This document shows positions 14,760 to 27,772 of a DNA stretch of 64,000 nucleotides, in pieces. Both the position numbers and the translations under genes were made by a program. Within the stretch, counting starts at the first letter, position 1. Every line of letters begins with the position of its first letter. This stretch comes from Azolla caroliniana (Eukaryota; Plantae; Polypodiophyta), in contig JBHGNT010000018.1 of NCBI GenBank assembly GCA_043228905.1, forward strand, positions 682,001 through 746,000. Reading direction: 5' to 3'. The notes under the pieces were generated by a model that saw only the letters and a program-made list of their open reading frames with translations, did not search any database and was not told where the DNA came from.

Positions 14760-17548
14760 AGCCATGTGCCCCAATGTTCGCCCTCGTTGTACAAGATGTC
14801 CTACAACATAAATTTGTTCTTTTTATTCTAGGCCAAGAAGCATTTAGCGAGCTTCGCAGACACACATGTCATTATTGTCTTGAGAGTTCATGGACCACAC
14901 ATGATTGCGAGCCGACCACATCATATATGCTCGAGTCCTTTTCTCACCACAATGGACCATGAACACAATGGCCCCTGTGCATAGGAGGGGACCCAATGGA
15001 CCCAAATACATATAGGACCATTATGATAGGTCATATCATACGATTGCTAAACTATATGGTGTAGTAATGGAAGCAGAGCTCAACGATTCTATGGATACCT
15101 TAAGCCTTCGAGCACCTGAGCAAGTTGGCTTTAGATGAGCCTTCTCCATTATTGACCATATCTTCACACTTAGATACTTAATTGACCAGACGAAGACTCG
15201 CAAGAAGAAACTATATTGTTGCTTTGTGGACGTCAGACGCAAAGCCTTTGACATAATTCCTAGGGAGTGGTTGTTTGATAGGCTTAGAAGCTTGGAGATA
15301 CCAAATGACATGATTTGGGCCATCTATGCCTTAAATGAGCAAGTCTCTGGGTGCGTCAGATGCCCAAGTGGCCTCTCCGATTGCTTCACCAACACCATTG
15401 GCGTAAAACAGGGTTGCCCCCTATCACCGACTCTTTTTGGGATCTACATTGATTTTATTGCCCGTAAGGGAGGCAATGGAGTAGCCATTGGGGGCACGCA
15501 AGTTAGTCTCTTAATGACATCGTTTTGCTCTCGGAAGTTGAACATGACCTACAAAAGCAGCTTTTAATGCCCTAGATGACTTTTGGACACAACAAGGATT
15601 GGTAGTGAATCTAACGAAAACTAAAGCCCTTATCTTTCACACATCATCTCGAGTTAGGATTAAGTGTCACCTAGTCTCTCATAAACTAGTTGAGGTAGTT
15701 GGATCATATGTATATCTAGGAGTCACTTTTGGTGCTTGTTCAGGTAAATTCTTGATAACCTAGACAACCAAAGATAGGCTAATGAGAGGGTATGCATCCC
15801 TCTCACTTTTAGAGAGACAATGCACCATGCATACTTTCAAGAGCCATGGACTAAGGGATGACTATTCAACTCATTCGTGACCCTTTCACTCATGTATGCA
15901 TCAATAGTATGGGCTCAAAGGTGAGAATTCAAGCTTTATTTGCGTAACACACATTCTTATTGGTGACATTGACATTTCGATGTTTCTTACCTTCCCTTTA
16001 AAACCTTATCCCATATTGTACTGGTTTTACCCTCTCTATGACCTAATTCCATCTAGAATCTCATTTCGTGTTTGTTAAAATCTCAAATATAACCCTTGGT
16101 GATGTAGTTTGACATGTTTGAAGAGAGAATATAATGATTTGGGGGTGAATAGGAAACACAAGTTTGTGTGGCTTGATTTGCTATGGGTCATTAGATATGT
16201 AGCTCATTGGTTATCCTTCATGTGGACGCAATTAGAGAGACCTTTGGTGATGATGTTATCATGTCAACTCCGAAGTAAATCGATAGTACTACATGACATT
16301 ATTAGAGTAGAGTTCAATCTGCCCCCAATGTTAGTAGAAGCACTCTTCCAATTGGTAGTTTTTATTCATAGGATACATAGCCAACCACAAGATAGGATAT
16401 CCCGTCAAGCTTTTGAGGCATTCTGATCCCTATATGAGTCCAGAGATAGTAGCTCTTGGTATAGCATTGTAGTCCGTTGGTTACTTGCAAATGGCGTACT
16501 AGACACTGATAACCTACCTCCCCTTAAGTCCAACCATGGGACTGATCAAGCTTTAATCTCTCATGAGGATTGTAATAAAGTAATATGCCAATAAATATGG
16601 CAAATTTATACCCGATATAAATGGATCACCCCATGAGAGCCACTCGCATCTAAAATGTTGTACTATAAGGAACGCTTCATGCACTTCTCTAAGGTAGGTT
16701 TTATTACATGACCAAAATATCTATATACATTCTTGACAGATGCACTAAGGGTGACCATTGGACAACTTAGGATATCATCTCACAAACTTGAGATTGAGAA
16801 TGGTTGTACTAATGGAGTCCCTAGAGAGGAAAGGCTATGTCAAATAGGGATAGAGATGAGTATCACTTTACATGCGAGTGTCCAACTTATGCCGAGATAA
16901 GGGCGAAATACCAACACATACTAGGACCCTCTCCCACCCTCTCCAAACTATTAGATACCTCGGATATAAAGAGACTAGGTAGGTATATCTTAGAGCTAAA
17001 ACAACATAGGGTGGAAAAACTACAAAATGTTAACCATAATCCTTTTAATATTCACCAACATGTAACTAATATAATTTTTCGGGAACAAAGGGAAACAATG
17101 AATGTGGACACACCTACAACACTCGGCCTCTCTCTTGATGAAATAGAAATGCAAAGAGCAACCAAACGCCCTCGGATGTCGGGCTTCAAAGCAACTCGAT
17201 GTGGAGTAGAAACAATTAAGAAGATAAGGGAACGTGAGCTACGTCGCCTAGCAACTATGGTTACGGTATCTTTTACATTGGGACCACGGGCCACCTCCAC
17301 ATCAAAACCCTTTAACCTCCCACTTCTTTTCAAGAGACTTGGATGGAAATGAAACTAGGCCTAGTATAAAGTCATTTCCTTATAGAACATGTTTTTTTTG
17401 CTAGAACACTTTAGCTTAAGTTCTATTTTATTTTATTTATTATTTATTATTACTTTCGATGAATGGGTAAATCCCCATTTTTATTGTAAACCAATTGTCT
17501 CATGGGCCAATTTTGGTCTTAGAAGACATTAATATATCTTTCTTTCTC
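14760..17548 (+). mobile_element. 5'-truncated, degenerate non-LTR retrotransposon (LINE) with RT, C-terminal cysteine motif and (TTTC)n-type tail
   Basis: DPNTYRTIMIG, EQVGFR, DHIFTL, LYCCFVD..KAFD, GVKQGCPLSPTLFGIYID, YVYLGV, RISSHKLEIE…PREERLC…DEYHFTCECPTYAEIR; many stops and frameshifts. The left boundary is approximate. Confidence 0.9.
15916..16216 (+). repeat. ~300 bp direct repeat, copy 2, interrupting the LINE ORF
   Basis: LINE coding (…ASIVWA) stops at 15915 and resumes after 16216 (WTQLERPLVMMLSCQLRSK). Confidence 0.9.
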
Positions 17549-17834
17549 ACACTTGCTACGAGTGAATATCATTACAGTAAGGCATACTTTGTGGTCATTG
17601 CTATTAGAGTCTCAATGTAAACAACAAGGTGAAAACAAATTTGGATTCAAGAGTTTTGCGAACAAATTATAATATTTCTTGATTGGTTGGATTACACACC
17701 AAGTGATCGAACTTGGGAGACAGTGGAGAATCTCACAAGTGCTAGAGAAGTTATAGCCGAATTTCATCATCAAAATCCCAATAAGCCTAAATCGAAACAA
17801 TAAGGTACAATAAGGTCATGCATACAACAACGTT

Positions 17835-18055
17835 CTAGATAAGCAGCCTATCCCACAGTTCATGCGGTACCTTAAAAGGTTCCCTAAGGAAGCCATGGGG
17901 AGCTTGAAGATGCATGGAGAGATAATTGTATATAGTATGCAGTATCTCGTGCACTCTCTCTAGATTGATAAAAAGTCCGAGCTCCATGAGGCTCTCACCC
18001 CCTCTAGTGTGTAGGATGTAGTTGGGGAGCATGGCTGAGCCATTACCCCTCATCA
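17835..18055 (-). mobile_element. Possible small degenerate LINE RT fragment
   Basis: The translation …GFLREPFKVPHELWDRL resembles the DF.KAFD.VP.E.LWDRL RT segment of the adjacent LINE. Confidence 0.35.
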
Positions 18056-18168
18056 GGATTCAACACACACACATATATAGACACAGATATGCATATAGTA
18101 CCTCTCATGAGGATTCAACACACATATATATAGATATATATTATATATATACAGATATGCATACAATA

Positions 18169-18370
18169 CGTAACATACTCGAATGCATTGACAATCATTC
18201 GAATGCAACAAATGTTATCAAAACATTTTTACCTGAAAAAAAATTACCTTATAATAAATAATGAATACAAAAGTATGGTATTTACCATACTTCGAGGATG
18301 TTTACCATGGTCGAACGATTGAAACATTCACGAATGCGAATGCACGTATGATACGTATGGTTCATACTAG
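18169..18370 (+). repeat. Dispersed repeat family R, copy 1 (Helitron-like 3' end or long TIR)
   Basis: Internal palindrome GTATGGTA-TT-TACCATAC; end ACGTATGATACGT-ATGGTTCATACTAG|T; homologous to 31347-31600 and 32590-32818. Confidence 0.8.
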
Positions 18371-18489
18371 TGAGATATGTATGTATATTACATATATATA
18401 TATATGTTTGCAGTCTGCAGAAGCCAAGTATTCTGTAGTATGGAAGAAGAACAGAACATGTTTAATTTAGTCTTCTTCATAAACAGTCA

Positions 18490-21400
18490 ATGATGTTGTC
18501 ACAATCTCTGTCACGAGCTTGCTTCCACCATTCTCTGCTGCCTGTCACAATTCCTCCCACCACCTACAGGGTACCTTTCCTCCGTCACAGGAACTCATGT
18601 ATTTCAAGTCTATCGAGAGTGAGAATTTTCGGCCGTCAGATCAGTCGACGAGTACAGAGAGCCGTGGGTAACGAACAGGGAGTAGATTATGAAGAAGAAG
18701 CAATGATGGAAGTAGAAGAAGGAAAAGGAAGCTATGCAGACTATGCAGCGTATGTGAACTGGATACTTCCCTTTCTAGCTAGCTATTTTTGTGCACCTTA
18801 ATTGTTCTGCTTACATGGCTTCTTTCTGAAGTCTTATTTAAACGGAATTTTGGGTTTTATGTTTGAAGAATGTTAAATTCTTGAGGGCTTATTGATAACT
18901 TTAGATGTTTAGTTTTCAGTATATTCTGGAGGAATTACTGATATTTTGGGTCCAGGTTATTTGCTTTGTGATTGAGGAATTATTGATGCAATTTTGAAAC
19001 AATATGTTTTTAAGGTATCTTGTTGATACTAGGGAATTATTGAGACATCCACTCCACAAGGCCATTTTTGCATTATAATTGCATTGTGATAATTGATTGT
19101 CCATAAAAATTCTCTTTGATTGGGCTCAAGATGTATATCTTCGAACGAATTATTGATATCAAAGTACTTTGGAATCAGGGTGTGGTCACGGTTATGAAGT
19201 ATTGCATAACAAATAAAGAAAAAGCACATTCTCATCAAGTACCTATCTATTCTAGCTTGGAGGAAAGAGCTGTAATTGCAATTAGTTCTTAGCTCATTTT
19301 CTTGTTTCCTTTCCGAAGTAAGGGAATACATATTATCAATGTCAATCTATTGTTCACAAAAGCAATAGATTGAAGCATATATGTTTATCATTTCAGCACA
19401 ATATATAAGATGTTGGATAAAACATTCATGAAAGTAAGATTATCATTTAGGAGTGAGATATAAGCTATTAGGTATGCATTCGTAAAAGCAAAGTTGTCAT
19501 TTAGGATTTAGGTACAAGCTACTAGATTCGCTCATAAATGTTGTTTTCTTGAAACAATGTGAAGCGTCTTAAGTGTGAAGACAGGTTCCTTGAAGAAGCA
19601 TTTAAGGATGACCGGGAGCTTCAAGGTATAATTGGGAATATGATTGGAGATCCAGAAGAAATGCAAAAGAAAGTACGGATCTCTTTACTTGAGCTTCTTC
19701 CATTTGACATTATGCCTTGGAAATCCAGTATATTCTATTCATTTTCATTATGTTTTTAAATATTAATTATGTTATTAACTTTATCTAGGTTCATGAAAGA
19801 TTCAAAAGGAAAGAGAAAGACATTCTACAACCAAAAACAGGATCTCCTCTTCCTATGAAAGTATCCTTCATTGAGTATGATCTCTTCTCTCTTTTTTATC
19901 CCATGACCTTTAAATTTAACTTGATTTTATTTGTATCATTAATTAACTCATCAACTGCATCAGCTTTGATGCCACAGATTCATATATTTGGATTGAGCTT
20001 TACAACAATCCTTCTGAGAAGGAGATCGATATAATTGGTAGTGTAAGTTACTGTAGTAACCCTTAATCACTGCATTAGAGTTTGTGTGCAGTGGATTAGA
20101 ATGAGCATGCTTTTCAAAGACAGTGTCATGGTAAATAGTTTATTTCTTCTCATACATATTTAGAAATGGATTTCTTCTATCTATATTAATAGAGTTACAG
20201 CTTGTCACACGGTTGATCTGACATCATATGTCTAGAGATGATCAACTGTTATCAGACAACATACTCTTGTGGTTTTGTTCCAGTAATTTTTCTTAGTCCC
20301 AAAAGAGAAGAGGAGGATGTTCTCATAGATACAGTAGTTTATGTTTCAATATGAATAAGATAGTTTGTACTGAGAATGCACACACATTCTTTGTTTTATA
20401 AAGCGTCAAACGTCTGTTTCTTTATGTTTGATACTTGGTATACTGTACAGGAAATAAAGAATCATAATGCAGTTGTTTTTGTGCGTGCAGGTTATCCGAT
20501 CATGGTATCTGTTAGGTTGTCTTGGGGGCTACAATTCCTTGAATATGCAGGTAATTATTCTGACATAGATCCTTGTTAACTTTTTTTGTTTTGTTTTGTG
20601 ATCTTAAACTGAGTAGCTAGACTAAAATCTCTTAACTGAAGGATAAGGAAATATACTGTGCCAATGACAATTTCATATTGCTTTATATCTTACATAGTTT
20701 TCTATTATGATACCTGAATACTTGTTTAATTACTTATTTACTTTAATCAATGGTGCACTTTCTTTGTTTTCTCAGCTCACTAGAATTCCTGTCAACGAGC
20801 GTTTGAGCTATAATGAGAATGTGAATGATGAGTTTCTACCTGCCCGATTCCACAACATCGGAGAATTGGAGTTTCAACATAATTGGGGAAGATTTTGGTA
20901 TGAGTCACGTATCATTCACCTTTGAAATTTAGAGAGTTTTTGCGGAAAGGACCATAGTTGAAATTGGCTATATCAACTGTTTGGAGACTAAGAGGCCCTC
21001 ATTAGTTAGATACACTAATGTGGTATGTGCTTTTTGAGAAGTGATATATGATGTAACAAAGATACTTGTGGGTATTAATACTTCAACCCAAGACTGTTGA
21101 TAGCCGTATAGCGTATAACCAGGTTAAGACCATTATAAATTTAAAAAAGAAAGAGAGTTCTATATTTCGGTTTGTTAAAACTTTTTTGTATACATAAAAA
21201 TTCAATCTGAAGTAATTGTGGTATTTGTTTGTAGGGTGGATTTGGGCACTTCGGATCCCCTTGCCTTGGATGTATTTATAAATGGTTTTATTTCTGTGAG
21301 TTCGGAGTAAGTTCTCTTAACTGTTTGCCATTCAGTTTCAAAATTCTGTAATTACAAGGTATGATGTGAATGATAAAAGCACTCAAACAAAAACAAACTA

Positions 21401-21654
21401 AAAACAACTGCATTTTTGTATGATTTTAGCCAAATTTCTTCTATTTAGAAACATAAGCAAACAGAATTTAGTTATATAGCATTGTTTTGCTTGTTATATA
21501 GTAAATTACTACTAATAGCAAGTTGTTTTTCTTTCTGTTTTGCAGCTATGTGGGAATTAAACAACTTACATTTGGAGGGAAGGACTTAGGAAATTGGAAT
21601 GAGGATTTGGCATCAGCATCGGAAGAAGATGGGTACAAGTCTTTCAAAATCTGA
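18490..21654 (+). CDS. DUF3531-family protein with predicted plastid transit peptide (8 exons)
   Basis: Exons 18490-18749, 19585-19672, 19789-19874, 19964-20042, 20491-20550, 20776-20897, 21235-21306, 21546-21654. Motifs IRSWYLLG.LGGYNSLNMQ, FHNIGELEFQHNWGRFWVDLGTSDPLALDV, YVGIKQLTFGG; S/R-rich N-terminus. Confidence 0.85.
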
Positions 21655-22899
21655 TATGATAGATGATGCAAAACTAAAGGGCAGTGATCATAACTTGCTT
21701 GGAGTAGTTCGATTGCATTAGTTATAATTTTGATTTGAGGTAAGATGCAACAATGATTGTGGTACATAAAGGGATATGACAGCGAAAAGTTCCATTTTTC
21801 TCCAACACTTTGAGCAAGTGAAATGTAAAAACTTGTTAAATCAAATGGTGGTCATAGTTTCATAGCATCTTTCTGATGTTTAAGTTTCATAACCTCTTTC
21901 TCATGTTTATCCTGTATAACTCTTCCTTGCATGTTGTTTCATTTTGTACTAAGCAGTGTTGTATTGCCTATGGCACATAGTGTGTGAACCACTTTTAAAT
22001 CAAGTATTTGTAAACATGCACTATGAATGTGTCCAAACCTTGTATAGAAGGGATGCCATTATGAAGCAAGGGGGGAAAAATATGATAATATAATCCATGC
22101 TTGTATTTTGCTTATCAAGAGCTTTCAACATATATTAAGCTCCGTTTATCTTTTCTTCCCTTCTCAATAATCTCGTGGCGTGGAAATTTGGTGGTTCCAT
22201 CCATGCATGCACAAATATGTTGCATTACCACGTCACAATGGCTGATTTTTTGAAAAGGAACCCCATAAGTAGAAATAATGCTCTTTGGAAGTACTTATTG
22301 GAGATTTGGAAAGTTTTAACCCATTGTTATTTGAGGCCTCAACAATGGGTTGTTGCTCAATATATTCAAAATGATTCAAATGATGACCTGGAGGTATTAT
22401 TCCAATATTTATGATATTAGCAAGTGCAACACAATTGGAATATGCTTAATGCTTTCATGTTTGATGGTAGACATGGGGTGAAAACCTAAGTGAAGAAGTT
22501 GAATGGCATTCTCATGTGGAAGTTTTGGATGTTAGAGCATGTGGGTTTATTTTTTCTAATGCATATTCAAGTTTTCTAGTGGCTTTACAAGATGTCCCTA
22601 CCTACATAGTTAGGTAGAGAAGATTAAGTTGCAACAAGTGGGTTTTACATACTATCAATATAATTGTGTGCTTCTACCAAAGAAGAAGAAGAAGTAACCA
22701 TCTTTAAGTAGCATCTAAGTAGAGTAAACAATTGAATAGGCATAACTTGTACGAGGTAATATTGGATGGTTGAGAGCGAGACTTTTGAAGGAATATGGGT
22801 GGGCTATTTCGGAGGTTCGTGAAAAAAGTCTTTTTAGAGACCTTGATGGAATTGTAAACTGGGACAAACAAGATTATTGTATAAATACGTGAGAGTTGT

Positions 22900-23560
22900 A
22901 TAATATGAGGGGGCATTATGAGGATTCATTGAAACCATATTTTCCTAAAAATCAGCACCAGGGATATTCCAATAATTTCGTGAACCATAACTTCCTACCA
23001 AAATCGATAAAATTGTAAATTGGGGGAGGGGGGCAAGGTGATCAAAGTCAATGGGGCATCATGAGAACAATAAAAAATGCGAGGGGTATTTTTGAGAATC
23101 GTAGAAATATGAAGGGTAGAAATATGAAGGGTATTATGGGAATTATAGAAATATGAGGGGTATTGTCGCGCCATGTAGAAGTACGCAGAGGGCATTGTTG
23201 GCAGTAATGTGGGAGGGGTATTAAGGGAATTGTGGAAAGGCAAGGGGTAGAGGTGGGAGATGGAGAAATATACGGGGTATAGTACGGAATCGTAGAGAGG
23301 GATAATGGAATGCTTTCTCACTCCAAAATTTGTAGAAATACGAGGAGGAGTATTGTTCGGAATCATCGAAATACAAGGGCTACTGTTGGGAGCTGAAGAA
23401 ATACGAGGGGTATTTTGGGAGTTTGTAGAAATACGAGGGGGCTATACTGGGAATTTGTAGAAATATGGGGGGTATTCTGGGAATTTGTAGAAATATGAGG
23501 GGGGTATTTCGGAGAATTTGTAGAAATACGAAGGGGGGGTATTTGGGGAATTTGGTGAAA
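22900..23560. repeat. Degenerate ~30 bp tandem array (GGGAATTTGTAGAAATACGAGGGGGTATT-like)
   Basis: Many diverged copies, best conserved at 23400-23560. Related motifs at ~10585-10660, ~32450-32500, ~41160-41300 and ~42620-42930. Confidence 0.8.
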
Positions 23561-23664
23561 CTACTCTTCCACGAAGAAACTCGATGCGATCATATTATTG
23601 TTTTACAGAATTCCACAATAAAAGCCTCCAAGAATTTGCTTACGCCTGCCTGCCTGCGTGCGAT

Positions 23665-23679
23665 AAACCCTAACCCTAA
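23665..23679 (+). promoter_or_regulatory. Telo-box (AAACCCTAA) upstream of SMN
   Basis: AAACCCTAACCCTAA ending about 40 bp before the ATG. Confidence 0.55.
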
Positions 23680-23718
23680 TCATAACCGGAATTCTGCAAC
23701 GGAGAGAAATCTGTGGTC

Positions 23719-26395
23719 ATGGAGGCGGAGCTATGGGACGATTCTGTTCTCATCAATGCTTTCAACAGCGCCATCGCTAAGTACAAGGTGCATTCCCTCC
23801 CTCAGTCCTCTCCATAAATTGACCTAATTAAAAATGTGTGGTAGAAAAACACAAGTGAAACGTCTCTGTGGCTTTCTCCACCATATATCTGCTATATGAA
23901 TCGAAAGTTGAAGAAGAAAATAAAAAAGATGAAGCTTTTTGAGTCTCCTTTTGAAACTTGGTTACGGTTGGTTTTCTTCTCATATTTTGAATAATCCGAA
24001 GAGGTGGTTATAAAGCACCAATTTTTTTGTTAACGTTTCACCCATTGTGAACCTGAAGAAATTGATTGTCTAAAAGAAACTTCTAATTCTTTTGATGCTC
24101 TCTTGGCGTTTGTTTGGTTGTGGTCTTTTGATTCATTTGAAAAAAATGTAAAGCAGTGACGGAAGCTTCGCGCTGTTTTCCTTTATCATTTCTAGTGCAA
24201 ATCTGAATATTTTGCAAGATTCTTTCCATTTTTTTGATTCTTCTTTTCACGGAAAATATGTGAGGTAACAGTAGAAGATTGTGTTGTTACTGTATTTTTC
24301 AGTGCAGCTAGTGCATTCCTGAAGAAGATGGTTCTTGTTTGTTTAATGCTCGTTGTTTTTGTGTCATCAATCAATTCGTTTAAAGACATTTTCTGTGTTA
24401 TATTTCATAAGGTCTAGTTTATCCTTGAAGAAAATCGTATCTCTGGAAAAAGCTTTCATACTTTGTTCCAAAGAATATGTATAGTAGTAAACTAATGTCT
24501 GAAAGAAGTGAACTGTCAACTGTGTTTTACACCATGTCTGGAACTTTGTAAGCAACGTTTGATTGCTTTCAGGATTCCTGGCTGGGATCTTTGATTAATT
24601 AGATGACTATCGAATGCATGAGTACTAGAAAACATGGACTTGCCACATCTGAAGAATTTATTCCACTGCAAGCAAAGAATGTATCGAGAAGCACCTTTTC
24701 CATGTTTTTCACCATATCTAGACCTAAAGAATTTGTCTCTTTGTTGATAATTTTGATTTCCTGTGATCTCGTGATTAAGTAGATTTTGCAAAGCATATCT
24801 ATTTGAAAAGGTCACTACAATTCAACTGTTTGGTGTGTTGCAGGATATGCATGGTGTATCAAGTAAACACACTTCAGAAGCCACTGAAAAAAGTGTTTCA
24901 GAAATGACCAATGGAAAACCTACTAATGTGGCATTGGAATCAAAAAGTGATGTTCTAGAGACAGTAGCCCAGTAAGTATTAGGAATCTCATGTCAATCCT
25001 AAACTTGGATATGAAATACTAATGTCTTTATATTGAAGCTGGTTGATGATAGCTGTCTGAGCGGTGAGACATCATACTACAGATTTACTCTTGCTAGGGT
25101 TGCACCGTTTTTGTCTCCAGAGAATTCTTTATTTTTAGGTTGTCCATTTTTTAATTTTTTGGAATCGTTTGCTTTTTTGTGTTCCCTGTAGATTTACATC
25201 AGAGAAAGGGGAATTACATAATGTAGAAAGTCCTTGTGGTGCCTCTAAAGAGAAGAGTCAGATGAATCCTATTGCAGCTGCTGAAAACTCCAGCATGTCC
25301 CATGAACATAGTACTAATCACTCTTTTGATTGGGTTGAATATGAACGTCAACTGATAACCTATCAACTCTCTCAAATATCAGATCAACGAGAAAAACTAG
25401 AGCAACGCCTTAATCAACTTAGCAGTAACTCCATAGAGCAGGCAACCACAGCTACAACGTGCAATAGCTATGCTGGCGTGGAGTCTTATTCCCAGCATTC
25501 CTATCCCTATACAGCAGATAATTGCTATGAATGTCAGTGGAGTGGTTATTACAATTCAACAGGGGGACAAATTCCGACTGTAGATTATTGGTCAAATGGA
25601 TTACAATGTCAACATTGCGGCTTCATAAACAAGCAAGAAGAGAATGTATATAAAGCGTCTGATCCATTACCTCATCCAGTTGTCCAAAAATCATCTGATC
25701 CATCGCCTCAGCTGTTTGCAGGTGCGTCTGCTCTACCAGAAATGGTAACAAAAGCAGTTTCTGAGGCCCTGAAGGCTGCAGGTATTTTCTTCCTTGCTGG
25801 TTGGCTGTAAATTTGATATGTGCAGTTTTAATTCATCTATTGTTATAATAGAGGGATTGTTTGCAGATATGGAACAGAGTGCAAAGCACACCAGCTTTTC
25901 TGATGTTGCAGGTGCATGGTTTCTTGCCGGTTTCCAAACATCAAGGTTAGTTCATTACAAAAGATCTGTATTTCCTATGATTAAATTATCATGCTCCGGA
26001 ATATTTGGAAAGTGCTGAATTCATTTGCACACAATTGATCTGATTATTCTACAATGTCTAGTTCTTTAACCACTACATTGCTCTCCAACAATTTGAATCT
26101 GTTGTTTGCCGTGTGGCAGTTTTGTGTTCCTTGATATCAGTAACACCTAGTCACTAGCAAGATAATCAGCCCTAATAATCAACATAGGGGTATGCTGACA
26201 GCTACGGTTTTATTGAATATTGATTTGCTTTGGGAGTTCTTAGAATAGAGAATTATATGATTAAAATGTTCCTGTATGGTATTTACATGAATGTGTGTGA
26301 ATCACTGTATACTGAGTATACTTACAAGAAGAAGAAATGTTGATAGGTACTTGTCACAAGAATCGGAATGCAAGCCTAGACAGAAGCATCCATGA
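23719..26395 (+). CDS. SMN: Survival motor neuron (SMN) homologue, no Tudor domain seen, 5 exons
   Basis: Exons 23719-23787 (MEAELWDDSVLINAFNSAIAKYK, Gemin2-binding motif), 24844-24971, 25192-25781, 25867-25945 and 26347-26395. C-terminal FSDVAGAWFLAGFQTSRYL is YG-box-like. Confidence 0.8.
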
Positions 26396-27772
26396 GGGTG
26401 GGATCTTACCGTCTGATGCTCATTTCACAGATGATTAAGAACGGTCAATGTTTGGAAATGAGTAAATAAGAATCACACAATCCTTTCATTGGGAACCAGT
26501 AAGATATTGTCATCCTGAATCATGTGGTACGCTTACAAATGCTGGTACAATTTTCTGCCAAACTATCATTTGGACCTTTGAAGATTTTCTGAAGTGTTAA
26601 TTCACTTTAACGTGTTAAGATTTCTCCTTCATAGTTGTGCTTTTCATAAAGTTTCCCTTGAATTTTAATTTACATTGTGAGTAAAGTCACTTGAATTTGG
26701 CATTTCTCTGTATAGTTTTATTGAGAACAAATAAATGAGTTATGGGATGAAAATTGGCTTGAACAAAAACAGGAATGTGTGAAAGTTTGAGCAAAAATGC
26801 TTGGCCAAGTTTCGAATGTACATTGCACTAGAGAATGCTTCATCTCTAGAACAACATTTGCTGTGTCTGGCAATAAGATCAAGACAAAGCTGTTGAATTT
26901 GTTGCAACAATTAATTTTTTTATTGTAATACTGTGGTATAAATCATTTTTATATCAGAAACCCAGAAAAGGTGTAATGTGAATGCAAACATAATGTTGAG
27001 CTGTCAATATTTGTTGCGATTGAAAGTTTTTTATACATTATAAATCAGTTAATACAGACAACATGATAAATCTTCCACTTATTTGCGTTCTAATATCTTT
27101 TTAGTAACAAAGCTGTCAAAATTTTACTTTTTACCAACTGTGCGTAATTTCATGGAAGTATAAGAAACAGAAAATATCTTTGCATTTTTCCAAGTAATTG
27201 GGCAAATTCCAACATAGGAGTAACTTTTAAGAAATGCTTTGTGTGAAACTATGATTGATAAGTTTTGATGCAATTTCGTGAATATCAAAATATTGTTTGT
27301 GCCATTGATACATCTTCAAAGATGGCAAGGCATGATCAATAGTGTCGTTTACAATTAGTCAACCAAGTATCTAAAGATGATTTTGTGAATATCCAGATTG
27401 AACCAATGAAAAAACTGCAAGCAAAAAAATCTAATTTGAGAAAACCAATTGAAATTCTTTGATATGAACGAGTGTATTAAGCATTGTAATTGGTCATGCT
27501 AGTCATTCTACTGCATGTGCATAACATTCTTTGTTGCAGATGTGTTGGTTTTATGTTGGGTTGTATTACATGTTTAACCGTTGATACAAATCCAAGTGTA
27601 AACTGTTTAACCATTTTACACATGATCAAATGCAACTTTTTACTGTGTCAGGTGGACAGATTAAGAGCTGCATTACTGTTAGATTGCTTTAAAAGAATAA
27701 TTACATGGCCACCATGTATAGATTGTATATTGCATAATATGAATTCTACAGACATTTTCATTGGAGTGACAA

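Noticed and set aside
22900-23560. CRISPR-like periodicity (also 14508-14667)
   Set aside because: No unique spacers, no cas genes, and a eukaryotic context; these are plain tandem repeats.
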